62,127 nucleotides of DNA, filler included, from Anaerolineae bacterium (GCA_029262755.1; 5 parts of 5 records of this genome joined end to end with filler, not necessarily neighbours in it), one strand, 5' to 3'. Shown: positions 49,547 to 60,562, counted from the first letter of the whole stretch. Numbers and translations are program-made. Notes: generated from the sequence alone by a model not told the origin.

Positions 49547-52500
49547 TTAGAAGCCTTCCATCTTGGATAGTTCGGCCACCCGCTCCGGGAACGCGGCTAC
49601 CCTTCCGACGAGCGCGAGACGGTTGGACCGTTGCGCGTCATCGTCGACCATGACCATGACGCCGTCGAAGAAGGCGTCGATGGTGGGGGCGAGGGAGGCC
49701 AGGCACGTGAGCACGGCACGGGCGTCGTCGCGGTCAACCGATTTCCATGCGGCAGACACCGCCTCGTGCAGCGCGCGCTCCGGCGCGTCGACGAGCGTGC
49801 CGGCGTCCACGGTTTCCGCGACATCATCGCGGTCGCGCACGATGCGCGCGCAGCGAGCGTAGGCGGTGAGCATCGTCGACCAACCGTCGTCCGACACGAA
49901 CTCCTCGAGCACCCGGACGTCCTCGACGGCCGCGGCGGGATCGGTGCCGCGCGCGGCAAGCACGGCGGCGACGGCGTCCGCCGCGTGGCCTGCATCGCGT
50001 AGCTGCCCTTCGAGGCGCGTGCGTAGGAACTCGAGCACGTCTGCACGGTGCTCTTCGGTCACGGGCACGGGTTGCAAGGACGCCGCCTCTGCGACGGCGT
50101 CGGCAAGATCGATGCGCAAGCCGCCCTCGGCCAAGATTCTGGATACGCCGAGGGCCGCGCGGCGCAGGGCGTACGGATCTTGAGCGCCTGTGGGACGCAG
50201 GCCCGCCGCGAACAGGCCGACCAAGCTGTCCAGCCGGTCGGCCAGGGCCAGCAGCGTACCGGGCACGGAGGTCGGCAGGGCGTCGCCCGAGCCGCGGGGC
50301 AAGTACTGCTCGTGGATCGCGTCGGCTACGGCGCGATCCTCGCCGGCGAGCAACGCGTACTCACGGCCCATGACGCCCTGCAGCGAAGTGAAGTCCACCA
50401 CCATGGCGGTGGCCAGATCGCTCTTGGCCAATTCCGCGGCACGCTCCGCGGCCGCACGGTCTTCGTCTGACGCGCCGAGGCGCTCGGCGAGTCGGGTCAC
50501 GAGACGTCCCAAGCGCCCGACCTTGTCGCGCATCGAGCCCAGCTCCGACTGGAAGGTGAGGCCATCCAGCGCAGGACCAAAGTCCGCCAGCGATCGCTCC
50601 CGATCCTGCTTCCAAAAGTAGGCAGCGTCGGCGAAGCGTGCGTGCAGGACGGCCTCGTTGCCGTGTCGCACGAGATCCACGTCGACCGCGGCTCCGTTGG
50701 CCACCGTCACGAAGCGCGGCAGCAGTACACCGTCCGTACCGTACATCGGGAAGTAGCGCTGGTGTTTGCGCATCACGGTGACGAGCAGCGCGTCGGGAAG
50801 CTCGAGGAACGCGGCGTCAAACGAGCCCGCGATGGCCAGCGGTTGCTCGACGAGCTGGGTTACCTCGCGTCGCAGGCCGGCATCGTTGCCCGGTGTGCCG
50901 CCTGCTTCCGCGGCGGTGGCCACGACCTGTCGCCATATCTCGGCGTCGCGCGCCTCGGCGTCGAGTTGGATGCCCATGGAGCGCATGAGCTTCGGGTGAT
51001 CGCCCGCGGCCGCAAGTGCATGCGGCAGCGAGCCGAGCGGACGCAGCCCCCGCGTCTCTCGACCTGCGACGAGCTCGGCGTACGCGAAGGGTACGACCGC
51101 TTCGCCGTGCAACGCGACGAGCCAACGCACGGGACGGCTGAAGGCCTCGCGCGATCCGTTCCAGCGCATCGTACGGCCAAGCGGCATGCCGCGTAGCCAC
51201 GCCGGGAGGGCATCCACGAGCACGTCGCCTGCCGGTCGGCCGGCCTCCTTGCGCACGGTCGCTACCCGCTTGTCGCCGCCGCGCTCCACCTCGTAGAGAT
51301 CCTCGACGGCGACCCCCATCTTGCGCGCGAAACCCTCCGCCGCCTTGGTTGGTGCGCCTGCGGCATCGTAGGCCGCGCGGTGCGGCGGCCCGACGACCTC
51401 TTCTTCGATGTCTTCCTGGCCGGCAGCCAGATCGTGGACGCGTAGCACCAGCCGCCGAGGTGTGGCGAAGCTCTCGATGGGGCCGTGCGCAAGCCGCAAT
51501 TCCCGCAGCGTCTCGGCCGCGCGCTCGCCGAGCGCGGCCGCGGCCAGCACGGCATCCTCGGGCGGTAGCTCCTCGGTGCCAATCTCCAGCAGAAAATCGG
51601 CGGCCGCCGTCGGGGCAGCGCCTAGGTGGGCGCCCTCGCCGCGTGCGCCGGCTGTGGACCCGGGTGCGGTCGCAATACCGCCGCCGTCCGAGGAATTCGG
51701 ATCGGGCGATGCGCCTGCGATCCAGGGAGCGGAATCATCCAACAGCGGATACTCGGCCTCCTCGCGCTCTTCGAGGTACAGCCGCGCCACGTCTCTGGCC
51801 AATGCGCGCATCCGCCCGAAGAAGCGCGCACGCTCGGTTACGCCCACCGTTCCGCGTGCATCGAGCACGTTGAACAAATGGGAGCACTTGAGCACGTAAT
51901 CGTGGGCCACGCGGCTGAGGCCGATCTCGATCGCATGCTGCGCCTCGGCCTCATACAGATCGTACATCGCGTTTAGCCGGTCGACCGAAGCGTGCTCGAA
52001 GTAATAGCGGCTGGTCTGCCGCTCGTAGTCCATGGCGAGATCGCCGAAGCGTACGCGTTCGTTCCAGTGCAGCTTGCGGAAGTGATCCACGTCTTGCAGG
52101 GCCATCAAGATCCGGTCGAGCCCGTAGGTGATCTCCACGGACACCGGCTCCAAGTCGAGCGACCCCGCTTGCTGAAAGTACGTGAACTGGGTGATCTCGA
52201 GGCCGTTGAGCCACACCTCCCAGCCGAGACCCCAGGCACCGAGCGCCGGAGACTCCCAGTTGTCCTCGACAAAGCGGATGTCGTTGCGATGGACGTCGAT
52301 GCCGATGGCGCTGAGGCTATCGAGATACAGCTGCTGCGGGTCGCCCGGATCGGGCTTCAGGATGACTTGGAGCTGATGGTGCTTGCCTACCCGGTTCGGG
52401 TTCTCCCCGTAGCGCGCATCGTCCGGACGCACGCTCGGCTCCACGTAGACGACGTTCCATGGCTCCGGACCGAGGACGTTCAAGAACGTCGCCGGATTCA

Positions 52501-52606
52501 TCGTGCCGGCTCCGACCTCCACGTTGTGTGGTTGCCAAACAAGGCAACCTTGGGCCGCCCAATAATCCTGCAACGTACGGACCATGTCCTGGAAGGGAAG
52601 GCTCAT
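49547..52606 (-). CDS. glyQS: Glycine--tRNA ligase, fused alpha and beta subunits
   Basis: Alpha: [23 protein letters not shown]. Beta: [22 protein letters not shown]. Confidence 0.96.
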   Translation of the reverse strand: MSLPFQDMVRTLQDYWAAQGCLVWQPHNVEVGAGTMNPATFLNVLGPEPWNVVYVEPSVRPDDARYGENPNRVGKHHQLQVILKPDPGDPQQLYLDSLSAIGIDVHRNDIRFVEDNWESPALGAWGLGWEVWLNGLEITQFTYFQQAGSLDLEPVSVEITYGLDRILMALQDVDHFRKLHWNERVRFGDLAMDYERQTSRYYFEHASVDRLNAMYDLYEAEAQHAIEIGLSRVAHDYVLKCSHLFNVLDARGTVGVTERARFFGRMRALARDVARLYLEEREEAEYPLLDDSAPWIAGASPDPNSSDGGGIATAPGSTAGARGEGAHLGAAPTAAADFLLEIGTEELPPEDAVLAAAALGERAAETLRELRLAHGPIESFATPRRLVLRVHDLAAGQEDIEEEVVGPPHRAAYDAAGAPTKAAEGFARKMGVAVEDLYEVERGGDKRVATVRKEAGRPAGDVLVDALPAWLRGMPLGRTMRWNGSREAFSRPVRWLVALHGEAVVPFAYAELVAGRETRGLRPLGSLPHALAAAGDHPKLMRSMGIQLDAEARDAEIWRQVVATAAEAGGTPGNDAGLRREVTQLVEQPLAIAGSFDAAFLELPDALLVTVMRKHQRYFPMYGTDGVLLPRFVTVANGAAVDVDLVRHGNEAVLHARFADAAYFWKQDRERSLADFGPALDGLTFQSELGSMRDKVGRLGRLVTRLAERLGASDEDRAAAERAAELAKSDLATAMVVDFTSLQGVMGREYALLAGEDRAVADAIHEQYLPRGSGDALPTSVPGTLLALADRLDSLVGLFAAGLRPTGAQDPYALRRAALGVSRILAEGGLRIDLADAVAEAASLQPVPVTEEHRADVLEFLRTRLEGQLRDAGHAADAVAAVLAARGTDPAAAVEDVRVLEEFVSDDGWSTMLTAYARCARIVRDRDDVAETVDAGTLVDAPERALHEAVSAAWKSVDRDDARAVLTCLASLAPTIDAFFDGVMVMVDDDAQRSNRLALVGRVAAFPERVAELSKMEGF

Positions 52607-53565
52607 GGGTTCGTCTCTCCGGTGGGGTCGGTGGGGTCGATAGGTTCGGTCGGATCGGTCGGGGTCGGGTCTGAGATCGAGTCTAGGCTCGAAGCGGACG
52701 TCGCGGCTGACGAAGTCTGGGAGCTGGACGCCGACGTTCGAGTCGACGTTCGAGTCGACGTTTGAGCCGCTGTCCGCGTCGGCGTCGACGCGTGGGCCGC
52801 AGCCGGCGTCATGCGTCGTAGGCGCTCGAGAAACTCGACGCTGCGTAGGTCGCGTTCGAGGATATGGCGCACGTAGGCATGCATGATGCGTTCAAGTTCA
52901 GCCCGGGTCGCCTGCTGCAACGCGACCTGTCTCGCCGTGGCGAGGGAGCGGGTCTGCAGAAAGCGCAGGACGCGAAAGGCGCTTTCGCTCAGCGGGATGG
53001 CCGTGGGCGCGCGCTGGGCGCAGCCCGGGCACAGCACGCCGCCGGCCTCCGCGTCGAAGGCGTTGCCTGCGGGCTCCAAGGTCTCGCCGCACGCAACGCA
53101 TTGGAAGAATTGGGGCCGATAGCCGAGCAGGCCGAGCAGGCGCAACTCGAAGAAGCGCAGCACGAGCGCGGGATCCTCCGCGTCGCACAACCCGTCGAGG
53201 CAATCGCGCAGCAGATCGAAGATAGCTTCGGCCGCCATGCCCTCTTCACTGAAACGGTCGACGAGCTCCGCCGCATGGTAGGCGTAGGTCGTGCGGATCA
53301 GGTCTTCGCGCAGCCCGCGAAACGTCTGGATCGTGTCCGCCTGCGTCAGTACGTCTAGGTTTCGACCCTGGGCCAGCAACATTTGGCCGTGCGTGAACAG
53401 CTCGACATGACCGCCTAGCCGGCTCGTGATCCGGCGCACGCCTTTGGCGATGGCGCTGACCTTGCCGCGTTCCCGCGTGTAAAGCGTCAAGATGCGATCG
53501 GCCTCACCGAAGTCACGGCGTTTGAGGACGATGGCTTCGTTGCGCTGCAGACGAACGCGGCTCAC
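52603..53565 (-). CDS. recO: DNA repair protein RecO with a low-complexity C-terminal tail
   Basis: [23 protein letters not shown], CxxC...CxxC zinc finger. Confidence 0.94.
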   Translation of the reverse strand: MSRVRLQRNEAIVLKRRDFGEADRILTLYTRERGKVSAIAKGVRRITSRLGGHVELFTHGQMLLAQGRNLDVLTQADTIQTFRGLREDLIRTTYAYHAAELVDRFSEEGMAAEAIFDLLRDCLDGLCDAEDPALVLRFFELRLLGLLGYRPQFFQCVACGETLEPAGNAFDAEAGGVLCPGCAQRAPTAIPLSESAFRVLRFLQTRSLATARQVALQQATRAELERIMHAYVRHILERDLRSVEFLERLRRMTPAAAHASTPTRTAAQTSTRTSTRTSASSSQTSSAATSASSLDSISDPTPTDPTEPIDPTDPTGETNP

Positions 53566-53796
53566 GACGGGCGAATCCAATCGGCTCGGGACGACGGGCG
53601 TTATAGCGATAGGGCGCAGGACTTGGTGGGAGACGTGGTTGTAACCAGGGTCCCATCCCCAGGCGTGGAGCGGGGAAGCGGGCCATTGTAGCCGTCGGTC
53701 CTGGGCCGTGGAAAGACCGGGCATCCGCCTACGGCGACGATCCGCCGTACCGGGCACAGGGGCTCGTGCGTTTCACTCATTGGTGGGTGGCACATA

Positions 53797-53867
53797 GGGC
53801 TCGTCACACAATAAGAGGCAGCTACCAAGCGGTGGCCGAATAGCGCCTCTCATTGTCTAACGAGCCC
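53797..53867. mobile_element. 71-bp MITE-like element with 23-bp terminal inverted repeats and ATA flanks
   Basis: GGGCTCGTCACACAATAAGAGGC versus reverse complement of the right end GGGCTCGTTAGACAATGAGAGGC (20/23); ATA on both sides. Confidence 0.65.
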
Positions 53868-53922
53868 ATAGCCTGCCGACCGGTCGCGTCGCGAGCCGGG
53901 GAGCAGGGGGAGGCGGCAGCTG

Positions 53923-55261
53923 GTGGCATTCACCGAGGGTTCGGGGCCGACATCGCGCCGTGCGCAGTCGCCTCGGCGGCTCGATCCGGACGCCGCGGTC
54001 TGCGTCGCCGTGCCCGGTGCCGGCACGGCGCCCGGCGATCGGCAGGACGAGCAGCCGCTCGGCCCACCGTCGGCCCGACTGCGTTCGTTCGCGATCGCAT
54101 GGCTGTGCGGCTTGGCGTCGGCATCCGCTGTCTGGTCCGCCGTCCCGCCCACCGGTCGGCCCGCCGATCCCGCGGCCGCCCATCTCGCTGCCGCCTCCAT
54201 TGTCCGCGACGCGCGGCCAAATGCGGAGGGCGATCAACGCGCCGCGATCGCACAGGGCGAGGAGCGGGTCGCGTGCATCTTCTTGCCGCTCGCTCTCGAA
54301 GGCGCGGTGCTGGTCTCCGACCCGGAAGCGCGAGCGCTCCGCTCAACGTCGCGGCGTACGGGTGGCGCTTCGGCGCCCAGCGCGCTGCGCTCGGTCGGCC
54401 AAACCAGAGCGTGTACGGCGCGAAATGCAACGGCGACCACGTCACCACCAGCCTCGTCGCCGACCCCGACAACAGCGCCCGCCGCGTCCGCAACATCGGT
54501 CGCGTCCCCGAGCCCGACCGCCGGCCCGATCGCAAGCCCCTCGTCGACCACGGATCCCTTGGCGTCCCCGACCGGTGCAGCGACCTCGTCCCCGTCAGAG
54601 TCCGCGACTCCGGCTGCATCCGCGTCCCCGACGGTGATCGCTACGGCGAGCCCGACGAGGGCGACGGCCGAGCCAACGATCGACCCCACGATCGGCACGC
54701 CTGATTCCACGCCCCCAACGCCGACGGCGGCGACTACACTCGCCCCGACGTCGACCGGCACGCCCGCCACCGCCACCCCCGGCCCAACCGTGGAGGCAAC
54801 ACCGACCGGTGCCACGACCGGAGTCGCGAGCCCACCGGCCACGGCCACAACCATAACCACGTCCACGGGCACGTCCACCATACCAAGCGCGTCGCCGACG
54901 GTGACCGCGCTGCCGTCGCCGTCGTCATCTGCGTCGCCGACCCCCACCCCGACCGGCACCCAACCGGTTCCGCCGACGCCGACGTCGATCGCAGCGCCCA
55001 CGGCCACGGCAACCTCGACCCCCCCGCCACCACCCATGCCCACGTTCACGCGGACGTCGACCCCAACGGCCACGGCGACGCGCACATCGAGCGCCACGCC
55101 TACCCGGACCGCGACGGGCGCCGCCACCGCGACATCCACCGCGACCGCGACGCGGACCGCCACACCGCTGCCCACGGCCTCGCCTTCCCCCACCGCGTCT
55201 CGGACCCCTACCGTTTCGCCCACCGCGTCCCCCACCCTCCGGCCGCTCGCGCCCGGACTCG
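53923..55261 (+). CDS. N-terminal part of a secreted Thr/Pro-stalk glycoside hydrolase (continues at 13478)
   Basis: Hydrophobic segment, CIFLPLALEG motif, T/P/S-rich stalk. Contig ends in GGACTCG, which is also the first 7 nt of contig 2, in frame. Confidence 0.8.
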
Positions 55262-55361
55262 NNNNNNNNNNNNNNNNNNNNNNNNNNNNNNNNNNNNNNN
55301 NNNNNTTAATTAATTAANNNNNNNNNNNNNNNNNNNNNNNNNNNNNNNNNNNNNNNNNNNN
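55262..55361. other. Artificial contig spacer
   Basis: N44-TTAATTAATTAA-N44. Confidence 0.98.
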
Positions 55362-56034
55362 GGTGGGCGACAACGGCCTCGAGATCGCACCCATCGGTGG
55401 TCACGATCACGGCGTCATCCGCCGGACGGAGCGGCGCGACCGCGCGGGTGGAGTCACGCTCGTCCCTGCGCTTCGTGGAAGCTAGGACGTCCGCCCATCG
55501 GACGGGCTCGCCGCCCGCGATGCGCTCGCGGTAGCGGCGCCGCGACCGTTCCTCGGCCGAAGCGCCCAGATAGATCTTGAGGTCCGCGTCGGGTAGCACC
55601 ACGGTGCCGATATCGCGCCCGACCATGACCACCGGCTGCGCGGTGGCGACCTCGCGCTGCCGGTCCATCAACACGGCCCGCACGGGTCCGTGCTGGCTCA
55701 CGGCGGAGACGTTGGCGTCGACCTCGCGTGCCCGCAGTGCCCGGGTGACGTCTTTGCCATCGAGCAGGACCACGTAGCCGAAGGGATCCGCGGGATCGTC
55801 CGCCGGTGCAATGCGCAGCTCACAGGCGCGTGCCGCGGCGGCGAGCGCGTCCCCGTCGTCCATCGGGACCCCGTCGCGCAGGGCGATGAGGGTCAGCACG
55901 CGGTAGATCGCGCCCGTGTCCAGGTACAGGTGACCCAACTGCTCGGACAGCCGGCGACCTACGGTGCTCTTGCCGGCCGCGGCAGGGCCGTCCAGGGCGA
56001 TGGTGCGCGGGACGCGGCGTGGCGACGTGGACAT
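55362..56034 (-). CDS. cmk: Cytidylate kinase, 3'-truncated
   Basis: IALDGPAAAGKST, YLDTGAIYR, GRDIGTVVLPDA and RRDERDSTR motifs. Confidence 0.95.
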
Positions 56035-56171
56035 GCCGATCCTCGTTGACGTTGGCGCCACGAGGCCGGATGCATCACGGCCACAGGCGGAGGGCGCCGC
56101 CCGGGGGAGAACGTGTCGCGCTACGCTGTGCGGCGGCCTCCCGGCAGAATAGCGGAGGGCGGCGGGCAACG

Positions 56172-57074
56172 CTATCGCCGCGGGCCGCCCCGACCCCGCC
56201 CCGACGTTGGGCGGCTTGGACCGTCCCTGCGCCCTCGACCGGGGCCGGAACCGGCGCCGCGGCCCGGACCGCGGCTGGAACCGCGACCGCGCTGCTTGGA
56301 ACCACGTGGCCGCCGATCGGTGCGGTTCACGCGATCGCTCGGGATGCCCAAGGCCTTGCGCTCGCGATCGGAAAGGCGGCGCGACTGGCCTTCCTTGAGG
56401 CTGCCCAGCTGTACGGGCCCCACCTGCACCCGGCGCAGGTGGACGACCGGGTGCTCGATGGCGGTCATCATGCGGCGGATCTGCCGCTTACGCCCCTCGC
56501 GCAGCACGATCTCGAGCCATGCGCCGTCCGGGGTCGTGCGCAGCGGCCGAACCTCCGCCGGCGCCGTCATCCCGTCCTCGAGCTCGATACCGCCGCGGAG
56601 CTTGTCGAGCTGGTTGTCTTGGGGATAGCCGGACACGAGGACGTGGTAGATCTTCTTGTGGCCGTGACGCGGGTGGGTGAGCCGCTCGGTCAGCTCGCCG
56701 TCGTTGGTGAACACGAGGAGCCCTGTCGTCTCGATGTCCAGCCTTCCGACGGGATAGACCCGCGCCCGCGTCTCGATCAGGTCCCGCGCGATCGGCCGGC
56801 CGCGTGGATCGTCCATGGTCGTGACGACGCCCTTGGGCTTGTGCAGCACCCAGTACTCGAGCGGCTCGCGCGATATGGCCTTCCCGTCGACGACCACCTC
56901 GTCGCGAAAGGGGTCCACCTTGAAGCCGAGCTCGCGCACTTCCTTGCCGTTGACGAGGACGCGGCCTTCTTGGATCCATGTCTCTGCGGTACGTCGAGAA
57001 CACAGCCCGGCATGGGCGATCACCTTTTGGAGGCGCTCACCCTCGTTGCCCGGCTCTTCTGGAGTCGTTGCGAT
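56172..57074 (-). CDS. rluB: Pseudouridine synthase, RluB/RsuA family
   Basis: ERLQKVIAHAGLCSRR S4 domain, VGRLD, EGRKRQIRRM. Start non-canonical or uncertain (see findings). Confidence 0.9.
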   Translation of the reverse strand: MATTPEEPGNEGERLQKVIAHAGLCSRRTAETWIQEGRVLVNGKEVRELGFKVDPFRDEVVVDGKAISREPLEYWVLHKPKGVVTTMDDPRGRPIARDLIETRARVYPVGRLDIETTGLLVFTNDGELTERLTHPRHGHKKIYHVLVSGYPQDNQLDKLRGGIELEDGMTAPAEVRPLRTTPDGAWLEIVLREGRKRQIRRMMTAIEHPVVHLRRVQVGPVQLGSLKEGQSRRLSDRERKALGIPSDRVNRTDRRPRGSKQRGRGSSRGPGRGAGSGPGRGRRDGPSRPTSGRGRGGPRR

Positions 57075-57086
57075 CGGTGCGGTCCC

Positions 57087-57974
57087 TTACGCTGCTTCGT
57101 GCGGCGACATCGCGGAACGCAGGAAGTCGTCCGAACCGTCGTCCACGCCGCCCTCGCCGTTGCGCCCGCCCATGTTCTCGGCGCCCATCTCGTCGTCGCC
57201 CATATCGTCGTCGCCCTCGGACATCCCGTCCGTTTCGCCGGCCTGTCCCTCGCCATGCGCCGCGAAGGCCTCGATCGGGGGTAGGTCGTCCAGGCTCTGC
57301 AAGCCGAAGTAGGCCAGGAAGTGATGGGTCGTGCCGTACTCGATCGGGTGCCCGACCGTCTCGCGCCGACCCACCGGCTCTACGAGCCCGCGGAGCATCA
57401 AGGTGCGGAGCACGCCGTCCGAACTGACCCCGCGCAGGTCGTCGACCTCGGGTCGCGTCAGCGGCTGCCGGTAGGCGATGATCGAGAGCGTCTCGAGCGC
57501 CGCGCGCGACAGGGTCTTGTCGCGGTCACGACCCAGGAAGCGCTGGATGGCATCCGCGGAGGCGGGCGCCGTCACCATCTGCACCGTTCCGCCATCGTTT
57601 TGGATGCGCAGCCCACGCTCGGCCGAAATCAATGCGGCTTCCAAGCTACGCAGCGCACGCTTGATCTCCGCGCGCGTCGCGTCGAGCGCGCGGGACAGCT
57701 CGCCCAAGGTCACGGGCGCCTCCGCGACGAACAACAAGCTCTCGATGCGCGCGGGCAGCCCCAGGTCGACGGGCGCCGGGCCGATGGCAGGCATTTCGGC
57801 GGGCTCGTCGGCGATCAGCGCGTCGTCCGGATTCGCGCCGACGTCCTCGCCTCCGCGATCGTCGCCGCCGTCCACGATCATTGCGTGCAGTTCGACGGCC
57901 GGCGGCCGCTCCATAACGGCGATCCCGTTGCCCTCAATCGGTGCCTGTACGGGGCTCGATCCTAGAGTGCTCAA
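57087..57974 (-). CDS. scpB: SMC-Scp complex subunit ScpB
   Basis: IESLLF, LSRAALETLSIIAYRQPLTR, GHPIEYGTT and FGLQSLDDLP motifs. Confidence 0.94.
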   Translation of the reverse strand: MSTLGSSPVQAPIEGNGIAVMERPPAVELHAMIVDGGDDRGGEDVGANPDDALIADEPAEMPAIGPAPVDLGLPARIESLLFVAEAPVTLGELSRALDATRAEIKRALRSLEAALISAERGLRIQNDGGTVQMVTAPASADAIQRFLGRDRDKTLSRAALETLSIIAYRQPLTRPEVDDLRGVSSDGVLRTLMLRGLVEPVGRRETVGHPIEYGTTHHFLAYFGLQSLDDLPPIEAFAAHGEGQAGETDGMSEGDDDMGDDEMGAENMGGRNGEGGVDDGSDDFLRSAMSPHEAA

Positions 57975-58263
57975 GGGCAGCCTCCCGGGGGTCGTTGGCC
58001 AAGGCCAGATTGCGGGTCAAAGGGCGACACCCCTACATATCGTAGGGGTGATCGTGATTGCACTACGAAGTATAGACATCACGGTGGCTCGACGCCAGGG
58101 ACGAGCAAATTTGAGCGCCGTCCTTGGCCAATACGGAACGCCCCGCATTCACCGGCCAATCGGAGATCGGTCCATTCCGATTCGGTACACGAAGAACGAC
58201 CCGGCCGAGACGGCCGGGTCGTTTCCTTCTGGTATTTCGAATATCCGCATACGCCTCGTTGTG

Positions 58264-59175
58264 CTATGGCGTCTCGGGGTCTTCTCCCTCATCGGGCCGG
58301 ATCATGCCGTCACGCAGCGACAACGGCATGAAGATGCCGGCCGGCGTGGGTGTCGGCGTCGGCGTCGGCGTCAACGTCGGGGTGTTGGTCGGCGTCGGCG
58401 TCGGTGTGATGGTGGGGGTGTTGGTCGGCGTCGGCGTGTTGGTCGGCGTCGGCGTGTTCGAGGGCGTCGGCGTCACGGACGGCACGAGGGTCGGCGTGAC
58501 GGCGCCTTCGACGATGACCCGCAGGCGCGCACCGCGGCCGAGCGGGAAGGGCGCCTCGTTCTCCTTCGACTGTAGGACGAGGACGTGGTTCGTCAGGCTG
58601 TCGTCCTTCGTCGGGCCGATGATGAACCCGTAATTAGCAGTCTTCCCCGAGAACCAGTTGGCGACCGTCGCGGTGAGCGAATCGCTCTTGATCGACTTCC
58701 ACTCGCCGCCGTCCTTGCAGCCGTTTGCGAAGTCATGGGTCCACTTCGGCGCGTTGCGACGGGGCTGGATCGTGCGGGAATGAAGATCGTGCTCTTTCCA
58801 GGCTCGGCCGGCGCTGCTGAACTCGAAGTCGGTGAGCTCGCGCGTCGGGTCGTTCAAATACTCGATGCGGCGGCACCAAACGAGCAGCTCGGCATCCACG
58901 ACCGTGGCGCCCGTGCCGACGTCCGGGAAATCCTCGAACTGCAAAAAGCCGAGGATGACCGTGTTGTTGCGCAATCCCGCCCAGATTTCGGACAGGTGGC
59001 CCTGCGGATCGTCAATACCGGCGGCGACAAACGTATCCTGAGCAGCATCCAGGACGATCACCGACTGTCCTGCCTCTTGGCTCAATCGCTCTGCAGTGGC
59101 GATGTCCTCCGGAGCGTTCCGGAAGCCGAGTGCCACCAACAGCACCGCCAGCACGACGGGTAGTAGACGCTTCAA
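58264..59175 (-). CDS. Secreted DNRLRE/CBM96-like domain protein with a PT linker
   Basis: Signal peptide from a TTG with GGAGG SD; AAQDTFV, FLQF, NYGFII and QSKE motifs; (TPTPTN)n; GIFMPLSLR tail. Confidence 0.72.
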   Translation of the reverse strand: MKRLLPVVLAVLLVALGFRNAPEDIATAERLSQEAGQSVIVLDAAQDTFVAAGIDDPQGHLSEIWAGLRNNTVILGFLQFEDFPDVGTGATVVDAELLVWCRRIEYLNDPTRELTDFEFSSAGRAWKEHDLHSRTIQPRRNAPKWTHDFANGCKDGGEWKSIKSDSLTATVANWFSGKTANYGFIIGPTKDDSLTNHVLVLQSKENEAPFPLGRGARLRVIVEGAVTPTLVPSVTPTPSNTPTPTNTPTPTNTPTITPTPTPTNTPTLTPTPTPTPTPAGIFMPLSLRDGMIRPDEGEDPETP

Positions 59176-59390
59176 TTGTCCCTCCTCTGGGAAGCACCGG
59201 CGCACGGCGCGTCGAGCGCGGGTAGCGACCACGCGGCACCACCGATGCCGATTCGGCTACGGCGATGCGCGAAGCTCTTCACCCGCCCACGGGACCGGGG
59301 CGGTCTTCATGTCTTAACAAGGCGCATCCACGATTCGGACGGCGACTTTAGCCCATCGTTCCCAGCGCCGTCAAGAGCCCGCGAAGGTTG

Positions 59391-60461
59391 TCAGGTTTTG
59401 GAGTGTCCGCTGCCGGCATCATCGTCCACCAGATGGCACGCGACCCAATGCTCGACATCGACGGTGCCCACGTTGCGCCAAACGGGATCAACCTCGCTGC
59501 AGATCGCCTCCGCAATGGGGCACCGGGGGTGGAAGCTGCAACCAGGAGGCGGGTTGAGCGGGCTGGGCACATCGCCCTGCAAGATAATCCGCTCGCGCTT
59601 CAGGTTGGGGTTCGGGACAGGGACAGCGCTGATCAACGCCTTCGTGTAGGGGTGCAGCGGGTTCGCGAACAAGCTATCCCGATCCGTGAGCTCGACCATC
59701 TTGCCCAGATACATGACGCCGACCCGGCTGGAGATGTGCTCTACAACGCTCAGGTTATGCGCGATGAAGAGGTAGGTCAGGCCGTGCTCGTTCTGCAGGT
59801 CGTTGAGGAGGTTGAGCACCTGCGATTGGATCGAAACGTCGAGCGCGGATACCGGCTCGTCGCATACGATCAGCTTTGGGCGCAGCGCAAGGGCGCGCGC
59901 GATGCCGATTCGCTGGCGCTGGCCGCCGGAGAACTCGTGCGGATAGCGGCGCGAGTGCTCCGGATGCAGGCCCACCTCCTTGAGCACGCGGCGGATGGTG
60001 GTGTCGGCCTCCTCGCCCTTGATGCCGTGGACCGTCAGGCCCTCGGAGATGCTCTCGCCGATCGGCATGCGCGGATCGAGGCTGGAGAAGGGATCCTGGA
60101 AGATCAGCTGCATGTCGCGGCGCAGGCGCTTCATGTCCTTGCGGCTCTGCGCGAAGACGTCCTCGTCTTCGAAGTAGACGTTGCCGGCGGTAGGCTCGAT
60201 CAAGCGCAGGATCGTTCGTCCGACGGTCGTCTTGCCGCAACCGGATTCGCCGACGAGCCCGAAGGTCTCGCCCTTCTTGATCGTGAAGCTCACACCGTCG
60301 ACGGCTTTCACCCAGGCCGAGACACGTTGTAGGACCCCGCTACGCACGGGAAAGTGCTTGACGAGTCCCTGGACGTCCAACACGGTGTCACCGTCCCAGA
60401 CTCGATCCTCTACGGTGGCTGTCGTCGCCTCCATGGTGGCGGCGTCCCCCTGATCCATCAC
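59391..60461 (-). CDS. oppF: Oligopeptide/dipeptide ABC transporter ATP-binding protein
   Basis: [25 protein letters not shown] and [11 protein letters not shown] motifs. Confidence 0.93.
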   Translation of the reverse strand: MMDQGDAATMEATTATVEDRVWDGDTVLDVQGLVKHFPVRSGVLQRVSAWVKAVDGVSFTIKKGETFGLVGESGCGKTTVGRTILRLIEPTAGNVYFEDEDVFAQSRKDMKRLRRDMQLIFQDPFSSLDPRMPIGESISEGLTVHGIKGEEADTTIRRVLKEVGLHPEHSRRYPHEFSGGQRQRIGIARALALRPKLIVCDEPVSALDVSIQSQVLNLLNDLQNEHGLTYLFIAHNLSVVEHISSRVGVMYLGKMVELTDRDSLFANPLHPYTKALISAVPVPNPNLKRERIILQGDVPSPLNPPPGCSFHPRCPIAEAICSEVDPVWRNVGTVDVEHWVACHLVDDDAGSGHSKT

Positions 60462-60562
60462 GGCCTCTCTTTATCTGCTTCCGTCGCGAGCTGCGGCTAC
60501 GGGAATGGGTTTTGCGAGCTACGTCCGTCCTGAAACGTGCGTGCGGCTTCGGCCTGCAGCGA

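Noticed and set aside
53610..53710. T-box, ZTP (pfl), fluoride riboswitch or 6S RNA
   Set aside because: Only fragments resemble these (for example GCCG...CCTGGGC); core consensus elements are missing. Kept only as an unassigned structure.
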